DNA from: Octopus vulgaris
Lineage: Eukaryota
Assembly (NCBI GenBank): GCA_951406725.2
Contig: OX597817.1
Span: 69,316,001-69,380,000 of the forward strand
Length of the DNA: 64,000 nt
Direction of reading: 5' to 3'
A model generated the notes under the pieces. The model was not told the DNA's origin and searched no databases. It saw nothing but the letters and a program-made list of their open reading frames with translations. This document shows positions 1-11,757 of this stretch, one piece after another. Numbering within the stretch: the stretch's first letter is position 1; each line of letters opens with the position of its first letter. Made by a program: the position numbers and the translations under genes.

Positions 1-153
1 GAAAATATTCACCATACAGAGTTTTAAATGCAAAAAAGATACAAGGGGAACCAATTATACAGGAGATGGTAAATACCACCTTTCACAGAAAGAATTTGTA
101 CTATTCTCTCACAACTACTGTCACTGTATAAGACTGAACATTAAGAAACAAGC

Positions 154-190
154 ATGATGATGATGATGAAGGATGATTATGGTGATGATA

Positions 191-227
<37 letters not shown>

Positions 228-340
228 CAACAGTGATGGTGGTGATGACGATGACTATGATGAGCAAGATGATGGGGGTATTGTGGGTTTTGAAAAAATG
301 CAAATAATGTTGATGATGATGATGATGTCGAAGATGATGA
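154..340. repeat. (GAT)n/(GGT)n trinucleotide microsatellite
   Basis: Long imperfect GATGATGAT run; it produces the poly-Asp/poly-Ile/poly-His ORFs. Confidence 0.9.
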
Positions 341-829
341 GGAAATTTTCTCTTCTCATTACAGTTTTTTTTTTGTTTGGTTTTGTTTTTCATTAGCACA
401 ATTTTTAATATCCTTAATTTAAGATTTTTACATCAGAATTAAGTCAAAGACATACACGCATAGACCAAAACACCCACACACAAGCACACACACACACACA
501 CGCACCAACGCACCTACACACAGCATCATACTTAATTGTATATGCATGAACAATTACTCTTATCTACAAACACACGCGTAATATAATTACACGACTGCTT
601 GAAACACTGACTGTCACACAAGCACACACACACAGACACACATAATTACATGTACACATACACACTCACATGCACACACATGGAAACATTTTATGGAGTC
701 TCACATATAAACAAGTGCACAGACACAGAAAAAGCAGCAACACTATAAAATTCGGTTCCGCACATGTATGCACATACCACATCACTCTTAAGCCAATAAA
801 ACATAATCAACTGACTATATACACCCGGT

Positions 830-963
830 GACGTATATACACATATGCAGGTGTGCATGCACACATACACACACACTCACATGCACAAATATAAACACAC
901 ATTACACAAACACATACATAGATACATATATATATATATATACATAGATACATATATATATAG

Positions 964-1014
<51 letters not shown>

Positions 1015-1346
1015 GACAATGTAAGTAGAATCCAAAAGATATTAAAATCAATTAAATTTTTGTAAGAAGAAGGAAAAAGAAAAATACATGTTCCATTCAT
1101 GTATATTGGTGGAATAAAAATAATAAATAAATAAATAAATAAATAAGAAAGACTTCTTAAAAATAAATCATCATATATCAGTTTAATTCTATATACTTTA
1201 AATTTCACGGTTTTTCATGCTCTTAATCAACCTAGTTATTTCAGCCGTTATTCACAGGAAATATTTTAATTTAAATCTAATGCTACGAGCAATTCACTCA
1301 AAGCAATTCTCAATACATTGATTTTTTGCCTAAAACATACACACGT

Positions 1347-1425
<79 letters not shown>

Positions 1426-1949
1426 CACATACACATACACATACACATACATAAATAAATAAATACAAACATACATACATATATACAAACATACGTAGGT
1501 ACACACATATACATACACACACACATGCATACAGCATTCTGTCTCTTTCGTTTCCTTCCTTTCTTTCATTATGCATTTTCTTTCCAAATCTTCAGAATGT
1601 TCTTTCCCACTTTATTCATTCATTCTTCCTTTCTTCTTGCATCCAAAGCAACTTTCATTTATTTTGCTTTTATTTATAAAGCCATCAATATAAACATATA
1701 TATATATATATGTAGTTACTTCTTTAATTTTTGCTATATTTTTGGTCTTTTAAGACTATTCTTACATCATTACACACATGTGCACACATATGCACTGTTT
1801 CTCTCTCACTCTTTCTCTCTCTTTCCATGTCCCGCATCTGCAGCCTTTATATGAAACCACATACATGTGAATGTGTATATGCAAATATGTGTGAGAGTAT
1901 GTGTGTGCAAGTACACACCCACACATATACATATTGACATATACAGGTA

Positions 1950-1987
<38 letters not shown>

Positions 1988-2008
1988 TATATACATACAT
2001 TTATATAC

Positions 2009-2056
<48 letters not shown>

Positions 2057-2081
2057 ATATGCATATATATGTGTATATATA

Positions 2082-2136
<55 letters not shown>

Positions 2137-2345
2137 GTGTATGTGTGTGTGTGTGTACATGTATATATATATATATAAATACATGATGATATATATGTGT
2201 GTGTTTGTATATATATATATTTATATACACCTATACATACAGATATGTACATATGTATATACAAATATATATACATATGCATACATAGATGCATATATAT
2301 GTACATATATACATATATGTATATTTTGATATGTATGTATATAAA
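830..2345. repeat. Compound (TA)n/(CA)n/(TG)n microsatellite field
   Basis: Directly visible dinucleotide tracts at about 915-1010, 1355-1530 and 1950-2345. Confidence 0.9.
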
Positions 2346-2887
2346 ATACAATTAAGTTTTATTACATAGTATTATGCTCATTTGGATATCACTTTGGTTT
2401 TCAATATGATTGTTCCTTCAAGTGGACACTTACTGGTTTACCATGTGTAATTGTTTTCTATGAAACACAGATGAGCACACAAGCAACGGTAATCAATACC
2501 TAATTACTGACAGGCAACGTTTCACCAGGATCCTTCCCGTAAAGATAAAAATTGTTTAACAGGAAAATTTTGTGACTAGCATACTTCTCTAATGCTCCAT
2601 CAGTTGCAAGGATAATTGCAAAAATTGTACTTTGGAATGAGCTGGAAATAAAAACTGGAACTGATTCATATAACGAGAGGGTTTCATTTATTCACAGTTT
2701 CATTTTACAATTAATTAAACATCAGAAATAACCACCATCAGGTTAAATACAGTAATTAGGGTAAAAACATAAGGTATAGTTAGTTAACATTATTTTCTGA
2801 TGGCCCAAGTAAGGGATATAACTCCAATCATTTCTGGTTTCTTGGCCCTCATCAGCAATTGCTTAGTAAATTATTTACTTTATAAAA

Positions 2888-3150
2888 ATCATCATTATCA
2901 TCATCACCATCATCATCATAGTTTTAACATCCACTTTCCCATGCTTGCATGGATTGGACAGAATATACTGAGGTAGGTTTTCTATGGCTGGATGCCTTTC
3001 CTGTTGCCAACCTTTACTTGTTTCTATATAAGGGAATATAATATTTCCCCATGGCCAGGACATGTTTTTGAGGCCTATTGGAAATGAATGGCATTCATTT
3101 GCAACAACCTTGCAATGTCTAAAGAAGGGGACATAGATATAGGCTGACAT
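2888..3150 (-). mobile_element. Degenerate SINE with RTE-type (GAT)n 3' tail (variant subfamily)
   Basis: (CAT)n, then TTTAACATCCACTTTCCCATGCTTGCATGG...CTATGGCTGGATGCC, matching the LINE 3' end; a similar copy lies at about 35120-35360. Confidence 0.65.
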
Positions 3151-3179
3151 AAACATACATAACCATATATAAATATATA

Positions 3180-3335
3180 TGAGGGGCTTCTTTCAGTTTC
3201 TGTCTGCCAAATCCACTCACAAGTCTTTGATTAACCTGAAACTGTAGAAGGAGACACATGCCTAAGATGCCATACTGTGGGAGTGAACCCCAAACTATTT
3301 ACTTGAGAAGCAAACTTCTTAACTACACAGCTACA
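3180..3335 (-). mobile_element. 5' half of tRNA-derived SINE (family A)
   Basis: GGGCTTCTTTCAGTTTC...CAAATCCACTCACAAG...GTGGGAGTGAACC is homologous to the full copies at 5534-5972 and 32780-33195. Confidence 0.7.
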
Positions 3336-3364
3336 TATGTAGATGTTAATTTTGAAGACAACAT

Positions 3365-3804
3365 GGATCTTTTCGGTTTGAACGGCAGTTTTTAACATAT
3401 TTTCTAGGTAACTAAAACATTTTAAACTTCGTATACTGGTAGAATGTGTTTATAAAACATCTTTTTCTCTTGGCTTTATTGAGAAAATTCTATAGTTTGT
3501 AAGATATTTGTTGTTTTTTTTCAATTTCTGCAATTTCAACCAATCACTGACGTCCATTGAGGTAAAAACATTCTGTGCCTTATGAATATGTCCCTCGTTT
3601 AAGAAACAGATTGGGTTTATTTACATTTGTGAAGAAAAAAAGATACCCTTCTCCACACCCCTAACCCTAACCCTAACACAAACACTAACTAACCCTAACC
3701 CTAAAACAGATTGAAATGCAATAGATCGATACTAGGGTCATAATTATGGGTGACAATTTCATATGACACTGCTAGAAAAACTGTCATTCAAACCGAAAAG
3801 ATCC
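3365..3804. mobile_element. MITE with GG-start TIRs and 8-bp TSD (Merlin-like) carrying (CCCTAA)n
   Basis: 29-bp TIRs GGATCTTTTCGGTTTGAACGGCAGTTTTT / AAAAACTGTCATTCAAACCGAAAAGATCC (2 mismatches). Perfect TSD GACAACAT at 3357-3364 and 3805-3812. CCCTAA repeats at about 3658-3704. GG termini with an 8-bp TSD fit the Merlin superfamily (inference). Confidence 0.85.
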
Positions 3805-4629
3805 GACAACATTAAGTAATACCAGGAAATGAGATTAATCAGTAGTTTAGCATAAAAGTCCATGCTACCATGAATTATGCACATCCTCAATTTGAGGACG
3901 TAAACTATCTTTAAAATCTTATAATGTAAAGATGCCTTTTAGTACTGCCTGTATTAAATACCACATAAGACTATGTATACACAAGAATACAAAGGTATGC
4001 ACACATGCTACTTACACACAATATACATGCATGCATTAGCTGCTACACACGTGTCTGTACACACACACACACACATATCTGATAATCTAATGTACATGTA
4101 CATTAGACTGCCTCATACACTTCCACACATACACAAATACATGGAGCACACATTTCCCTACACACATGTACATACATGTTTATTCAGATGCATAAACACA
4201 CACACTCCCATACATACACACACTCACACAATCTTCATACTCATTCACACATTTTTCCACACACAGACATGGTTGAACACACACACACACTTTAGCCAAG
4301 TCACTGTTGTCCCCCTTGCCACTTTTCTCTCTGATCACATCCTTCAGGTCAATTCAACAATGTGCAACCATTAATCCAGACATGGTGTATTCTCTCTCCA
4401 CCTTTTTCCTGTCTCTATCTATTTTCTTCTCTCGTTCCTTTCTGTAGAAGAGCATAAGCTCAAGATGTCAAAGACTCTTTCCATTTTTCCTGAGCTTCAA
4501 ACTAACACACCTGGTTTGTTGTTCCCTCACCTGTCCCCATTTTTTTATATTTTTGTACAATTTTGAACCATATGCACAGTACACTACCACATATAATAAG
4601 TTGCAAAGTAAAATACACAACCACTTTAC

Positions 4630-4925
4630 TACCATATATAACATACATCTCTTCTGATGTCTAAATTGGATCAGCCTATAAAAGGAACCCCTTCAGTCGT
4701 GAATAACCATGGGGTTGCACCTAGAAAGTTACCCTCTCAGGCACAAGTCCGGGCAGGTTTTTTTTATGGAAGACCAACAGTCGCCCATACATACCAGCCT
4801 CCCCTAACCATGCCATTGATTTTATCCAAGGACAGGAAAAGGCCAGCACAACTTGGCACCAATGATGTCACAACTCATTTCTACAGATGAGCGAACCGGG
4901 ACAAGGTGAAATAAAGTGTCTTGTT
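4630..4925 (-). mobile_element. SINE fragment (family D-related)
   Basis: GC-richer island ending GTGAAATAAAGTGTCTTG, the reverse complement of the CAAGACACTTTATTT motif in the SINE at 63418-63720. Confidence 0.5.
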
Positions 4926-5533
4926 ATAATACATTATAACACAGTATTACACAACTACTGCAAGACTAGACATGCTATAATGTGTTAGATTTTTATTTGA
5001 TTTTATATTAAGCATATGAAAAAATAATGAAATAGTCTAAAATACAATAATGTTTCATTACGTTATTATGTATTTTTTTCCTACTCTTTGCAGCCTGATA
5101 TGCATCATAAATATCCTTATATTTAATCTAGATTTTAGTAAAAAAAAAGGTGTATTACATAGAATTTTATGGTTATTATGAAGAGGTTGTTGACCATGTA
5201 GTCATGTAAGAAAAAAAGGTGGGTTAAATTATTTCTGTTTTCCAAACTAGAAATAATAACAATGCAGGTATATACAGCTAAAGCTTGCATGAAATTCTTT
5301 CTAATTTCTCCACAAGATCAGCAGATTTGAGAGGATTGCATTAACTCCACTTCTCATCTAGTACTTATTTTATCAACCCTGCTCTCAGGTTGACTTTGGC
5401 AGAATATGAATTGAGAGCATATTGAGCTGGAAGAAATGGAGTTCACTTATAAAAGTAGCTTAGTAGTTAGCTTATAAACTATTATAACAAGAGAGGAAAA
5501 TAGGTATAGGACTACAGGATGTTTGGGCTAAAT

Positions 5534-5734
5534 TTACTCTTTTACTTGTTTCAGTCATTTGACTGTGGCCGTGCTGGAGCACCGCTTTTAGTCAAGCAAT
5601 TCGACCCCAGGACTTATTCTTTGTAAGCTTAGTACTTATTCTATCAGTCTCTTTGGCTGAACCGCTAAGTTACGGGGACATAAACACACCAGCATCGGTT
5701 GTCAAGCAATGTTGGGTGGACAAACACAGATACA

Positions 5735-5811
<77 letters not shown>

Positions 5812-5972
5812 GATGGGCTTCTTTCAGTTTCCGTCTACCAAATCCACTCACAAGACTTTGGTCGACCTGAGGCTTTTGTAGAAGACACTTGCCCAAGGTG
5901 CCATGCAGTGGGACTGAATCTGGAACCATGTGGTTGGTAAACAAGCTACTTACCACACAGTCACTCCTACAC
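5534..5972 (-). mobile_element. tRNA-derived SINE family A, full length
   Basis: Minus strand reads A-box-like GTGACTGTGTGG, B-box-like GGTTCCAGATTCAGTCC, GGCACCTTGGGCAAGTG core, an internal TA/TG microsatellite and a GTAAAAGA tail. At least 8 homologous copies in the window. Confidence 0.85.
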
Positions 5973-7854
5973 CTATATTGACAATTTTGGATTTTTTTCA
6001 TTCTCTATTTTCAGGAACAGCTTGAAGTATTGAACATTCAACAGAATTGGAGAGCATAAACATTAAAGTTGTAGTAGAGAAAAATTTAACTGACAGAGAG
6101 GGCTGGAACCCATCTAGATATTGGAAAAGATTTGCCTGTATCATGATGATTCACACTAGGTATCAAAATGCCAACATCATGACTGCTGCTTAATGTTCTG
6201 TGAACACACTGTAAAGGCTGTATGACATGACAAAGACAGCTGCAATGGAGACAACAAAGTCATGGCCAGCAGGCATTCTGACTGTACCTACACATCAGAA
6301 CTCAATCCCACATCTTTGAACAGGGCCTTTGGGTAACCTGTTATCTCCCAGCCATAATTTCATTGACTTTTTTGATATTTTAAGATACTTTTATTTTTTG
6401 GATGCGATACTGTGCTTTCTTTACCTTTGATGCAAACTGTCAAATTTAACCCAAACATCCATTGAATGCAGTTCGTGGGTTCCAATAAAATATGATGCCT
6501 GGTCAAGCTGGCTGTGTGAGAGAAGATCTCACTGGATCCATAACAAGTAAGTAAACATAAGGATAGACAGCAAATATGGAAAGATATCATGCAGAACTAA
6601 ACATGAGCTGCTTCCAGGATATGTCTGTGAGAGAGAGACTGACCATATATCTGGCAAGTACCCAGATGACAGACAGGGAAATAGCCTCTAGATAAGAGGT
6701 TAGCAGCAGAAAATAAGAAAATAAGACATGCTGGGCCAAACATGGCTTGCTGTTTGGCCAAGAACAGCACTCAACAGCATCCCAGTTTATGGCTATGCTG
6801 GAAGGGTTTTGTCAAAGGAAGAGTGGTCTGCTGATCAAACCAACACTCACATGATACTATGTAGAGGAACCTATGTAAGGTCATTGGCTAGGATCACGAC
6901 TTACCAAGTTGTATTACTGCCAATGTCAACAGACCTGGTACCTATAGATGTAATTATCCAATAAAAGGTACCGATAAGATTTGTACCAAAGATATATCAG
7001 GGTTCAATCAGTTAACTACATCTCTCCTCCATAAATTCTGAATTTGCACCTTTTGATTTTATTTCACAGATGAAATTGGGCAAATGAGAGATCTGTTTAC
7101 ATAGTTGACTGATCTACAAAAAAATAACATCTAAATCAACTTCAAGTCACATTCTAGCATTTAAAAAACTCACATTATATAATGTAGTCACAGACCTACA
7201 CTACTGAATCATAGGTCTTCTCAAACAGCACTGACCTAGGGTTAAACATCAGTAAAGGATGAAGAACACAATTCAGAGAGATTAGAATTATGTGTTTTAC
7301 AGTTCTTTTGGGGATTTCTTTTTTTACTTTAATGTTTCTATGTTCCAAGTTAACCTGGACTGAATTAATTGTTCATAATTTTAGTGTCAACAAAAATAGA
7401 TACCAGTAACACACTGGCGTTAATTCAGTTAAATATATGCATCTCTCCAACATTCTGTTGAATGAATGAATGAAGGTACAACTTTGTGATTGCTTGACTT
7501 GCTAGGAACGTGAATCAAATCTGTCCCAAATCATAACTAGTAATTTTGACTAAAGGAAAAGACACATTGAATAATGTAGTCCAGGGAACACAATGCCTAG
7601 AAAAAAAAAGGTGAGATAGGCAAATCTGGAATACTTTTGATCATAGTTTTGTTTAACCATAGCTGTCTTGAGATTAAACAACAAGAACATTCAATCTTAA
7701 TGAAAAGAATCATGATTACAGAGAAGCTTCATTATGATGAATTCAAATTAATATTTGAAACATCTGCTACTAGAATTTGAAAAAAACCCAGAAAAAGTAT
7801 ATATTAATTAATGCAAATGATGCAAATGTAGTGCTGGAGCTGATATATTTTTTA

Positions 7855-8690
7855 AATATATATATACACATACACACACACACACACACATATATATATA
7901 TGTATGTATATATATATATAAATATATATAGATACACACATATATATATACATACAAACATATATATATACATATATATACATACATATATACATACACG
8001 CATATATATACGTATATATATATACATACATATGTATATATACATACATATACATATATACATACATACATATATGTATACACATAAATACATATATATA
8101 TATATACATATAAATATATATGTATACACATACTTATATACATATACATACAAATATATATATATATACATACAAGCATATATATATATATATGCATACA
8201 TATATATATTTATATACATACATATATATATACATACATATATTTATATACATATATATATACATACATAGATATATATATTTATATACATATATATATA
8301 TATATATACATATACACATACATATATATACATATACATACCTATATATATATATATGCACATACATACATATGTATATATATATATACATATACAGATA
8401 TATATATACACACACACACATATATATATACAAATATATATATACACATACATATACACACACACATACACACACATACGTATATACACACACAAATATA
8501 TATACACACACACATATGTACACACACACATACACACACATACATATATACACACACAAACATATATACACACACACATATGTACACACACACACTCACA
8601 CACACACACTCACACACACACATACATACATATATATATATATATAGAAACATAAGTATATATACATACACATGTACATATAAATACATA
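7855..8690. repeat. Compound (TA)/(CA)/(TACA) microsatellite
   Basis: About 830 bp of dinucleotide repeats; the ORFs here are YIYI/HTHT artefacts. Confidence 0.95.
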
Positions 8691-8987
8691 CAAATAATTA
8701 TGAATTTTACACAAGTTGAAATTCTAAATTTTTTCTGACAAATTAAATATCGGAAACTTTTAATTGTTATAAGAATACAAAAGGAAATTTAATTAATGTT
8801 GCCATTAAAGAAAGTTGATTTATATTTGTTCAATTATTCAAAAAAATAATAAATACATACATTAAACATACATTAAAAGCATCATAAAATCATTGTACTT
8901 TTAGGCTTAAAGAACGATATAAGAAATATATAAAATGAAATTTACTTTTCCAAGGACTGCAGAAATTTTCATTATCTTTTCTTAATA

Positions 8988-9020
<33 letters not shown>

Positions 9021-9024
<4 letters not shown>

Positions 9025-9405
9025 TCATCATCATCGTATAACATCTGTTTTCCATGCTAGCATGGGTTGGATGGTTCAACCGGGGTCTGGGAAACCAGGA
9101 GGCTGCACCAGGCTCCAGTCTGATCTGGCAGTATTTCTACTGCTGGAAGCCCTTCCTAATGCCAATCACTCCGTGAATGTAGTGGGTACTTTTTACATTC
9201 CACTGGCACAGGTGCCAGGTGAGGCTGGCAACGGCCATAGTGCTTTTTACGTGTCACTGGCACGGAAGCCAGTCAAGGCGGCACTGGCATCAGCCACGAT
9301 TGGGATGGTGCTTTTCACGTGCCGCTGGCACAGGTATCGCAACTACAATTTCCATTTGATTTTTTGATGTTGATGTACTTGACTCAATAGGTCTCATCAA
9401 GCACA
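9021..9405 (-). mobile_element. SINE family B with RTE-derived 3' end
   Basis: (ATC)n CGTATAACATCTGTTTTCCATGCTAGCATGGGTTGGATGG...CCCTTCCTAATGCCAA closely matches the LINE 3' UTR at 44091-44290; the tail abuts (TA)n. Confidence 0.85.
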
Positions 9406-9909
9406 GTGTGTGTGTATATATATCCTCAACATCATCATATATATATATATATTGTTTCACATTTTATTATATAAAAGGGCATTTACACTATAACTCATAC
9501 TGCTAAGAAGAAAATGGCAAATTTCTCTTCAACCATACATTTCTGTTTTTTAGGTAAGCAAAATATATTGGCTAGTGTACCTCTAGATACACTATGCCTG
9601 AAAAATACCATGCCAGGAACACCTTTGGAATCTAAAATAAGCTGAAATTACAAGTAGTTTCACTTTCGTTATCTTGTTTGTGTGTGTGTGTGTGCATGTG
9701 TGGGCACACATTTATATTGCAAAGTATGAATAAGAGTATCGTTATGTGTGCATGCTTAAAGCAGTGCCCTTGCTCTCACTGATGCCAAGAAGAAGGAAGC
9801 ATGGAAATACTGCTTTGAAAGATTGCTGAATGATGGGAATACAGGGGAATAAGAGAGGGACTACCTCAAGGCAAAGAATCACAGAAATAATCTATTGAAA
9901 TTAATAGCT

Positions 9910-10268
9910 ACCAACCACATGCTTCCTGGTTCAGTCCCACTGCGTGACACCTTCAGCAAGTGTCTTCTACTATAGCCTTGGGTCGACCAAAGCCTTGTGA
10001 GTGGATCTGGTAGATGGAAACTGAAAGAAGCCCGTCATATATATGTATGGGTGTGTGTGTGTATGTTTGTGTGTCTATGTTTGTCAACTCTCCATCGCTT
10101 GACAACTAATGTTGGTGTGTTTACCTCCCCGTAACTAAGCAGCTCTGCAAAAGAGACCGAAAGGATAAATATTAGGCTTACAAGGAATAAGTCATAGGGT
10201 CAATTTGTTCCACTAAAAGTGATGCTCCAGCATGGCCGCAGTCAAATGACTGAAACAAGTAAAAGAAT
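9910..10268 (+). mobile_element. tRNA-derived SINE family A (plus orientation)
   Basis: GGTTCAGTCCCACTGCGTG...GAAAGAAGCCCGTC...CAGCATGGCCGCAGTCAAATGACTGAAACAAGTAAAAGA. Confidence 0.85.
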
Positions 10269-10466
10269 ATACAATTAAAATTATCATTGAGGATATGAAA
10301 GTAAAGGAAAATAGCTTGACCATCAGCAATAGTCACTGAGATGCTGGAAATATTCAGCAAAGATGCAAGTTGTGTGATTAAAATGTTCACCTCGCAAATG
10401 CATGGTTTTAGGTTCAATCCCAGTGCAAGGCATCTTAGGTAAATGTCAAGTGATGAGAGGTTAAAG

Positions 10467-11230
10467 AAGTGTTTCTCAACCTTTTTACCCTTGCATAACC
10501 CTTAAAATAAATTACATGTCTAAAGGAACCTCTGCACAAAAACAAATTATATATCATATCTTTCTCATATCTTTCTCATCCTAGTTCACGTGGTAAATAT
10601 CATATTTCTTTTATTGTTTTACTTGTTTCTGTCATTCGACTGTGGCCATGCTGAAGCATCGCCTTTAGTCAAGCAAATCGACCCCAGAACTTATTCTTTG
10701 TAAGTCTTGTACTTAATCTATTGGTCTCTTTTGCTGAACCACCTAGTTACAGGGACGTAAACACACCAGCATTGGTTGTCAAACAACGTTGGGGTGACAA
10801 ACACAGACACACAAACATATACTCACACATACATACATACATGTGTGTGTGTGTGGGTGGGTGTGTGTGTGTGCGTGTGCATGTGTGCGCATGTGTACAC
10901 AACGGGCTTCTTTCGCATTTCCATCTACCAAATCCACTCACAAGGCTTTTGTTGGCCCGAGGCTATAGTACACAGTGGGACTGAACCCAGAACCATGTGG
11001 TTGGTAAGCAAACTACTTACCATACAACTACTCCTCTGCCTATATATATGTATATGGTTGTTATATTTTTTTGTTAACAGATTAGAGAGGATGATGTCTA
11101 TATTACAATAACCAATAATATGTTGTGCATGTATAGTAATATTACAATCATGAAATTAGCATTAGCTTATCTTACTCTTTTTCAAAGAACCACTAGGAAC
11201 CTTTTGCAGAGCCCTCGTTGAAAAACACTG
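10467..11230. mobile_element. hAT (Charlie-like) MITE with nested SINE
   Basis: Termini (a)AGTGTTTCTCAAC ... GTTGAAAAACACTG. Flanks GGTTAAAG / GGTTAAAA form a near-perfect 8-bp TSD. A family A SINE is inserted inside. Confidence 0.7.
10607..11040 (-). mobile_element. tRNA-derived SINE family A
   Basis: Homologous along its length to 5534-5972. Confidence 0.85.
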
Positions 11231-11394
11231 GGTTAAAATATGTTAGAGGGAGCAGACACAGGTGTCTTGCTGTAGAGTTGATGCAATGGCTACCTCAGTT
11301 GAAAAAAGGAGAGCAAGGGTGACTGAGAGATGATGATGGTGAAGATGTGCTGGAGTATATCTTCTAGTTACAAGGAGGTTAGTATAAATGAGCT

Positions 11395-11700
11395 ATGGCC
11401 AAGCTGGGGCACGACCTTGAAGTCTGCTACTTATTCTATCAGTTCTCTTTTGCTGAACTGCTATAATAACAGGAATTTAATCAAACCAATACCAGATGTC
11501 AAGCAGTGGGGGGGAGCACTAGCATATGCACACACACACACACACACACACATGCAATAAGCTTCAGCACGGTTTCCATCTACTAATTTCACTCACAAGG
11601 CATTGGTCATTCCAGGGCTATAGTACAAGACACTTGCCCAAGCTACTGTGCAATGGAACTGAACCTGAATACACATGGTTGCAAAGCAAGCTTCTTTGGC
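11395..11700 (-). mobile_element. Degenerate SINE family A
   Basis: TACTTATTCTATCAG...CACTCACAAGGC...AGACACTTGCCCAAG motifs. Confidence 0.7.
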
Positions 11701-11723
11701 ACATATGTGTATGCTGGGGTTTA

Positions 11724-11757
<34 letters not shown>

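Noticed and set aside
2432-2641. Possible minus-strand exon (TTTTTATTTCCAG ... GTAAGT)
   Set aside because: All three frames hit stops before the donor and none resembles GT7 or another known protein.
2820-2860. CTGATGA...GAAA hammerhead-like core on the minus strand
   Set aside because: No credible stem II, cleavage triplet or stem I.
3658-3704. True telomere or chromosome-fusion scar
   Set aside because: Only a few imperfect units, all inside a TSD-flanked MITE.
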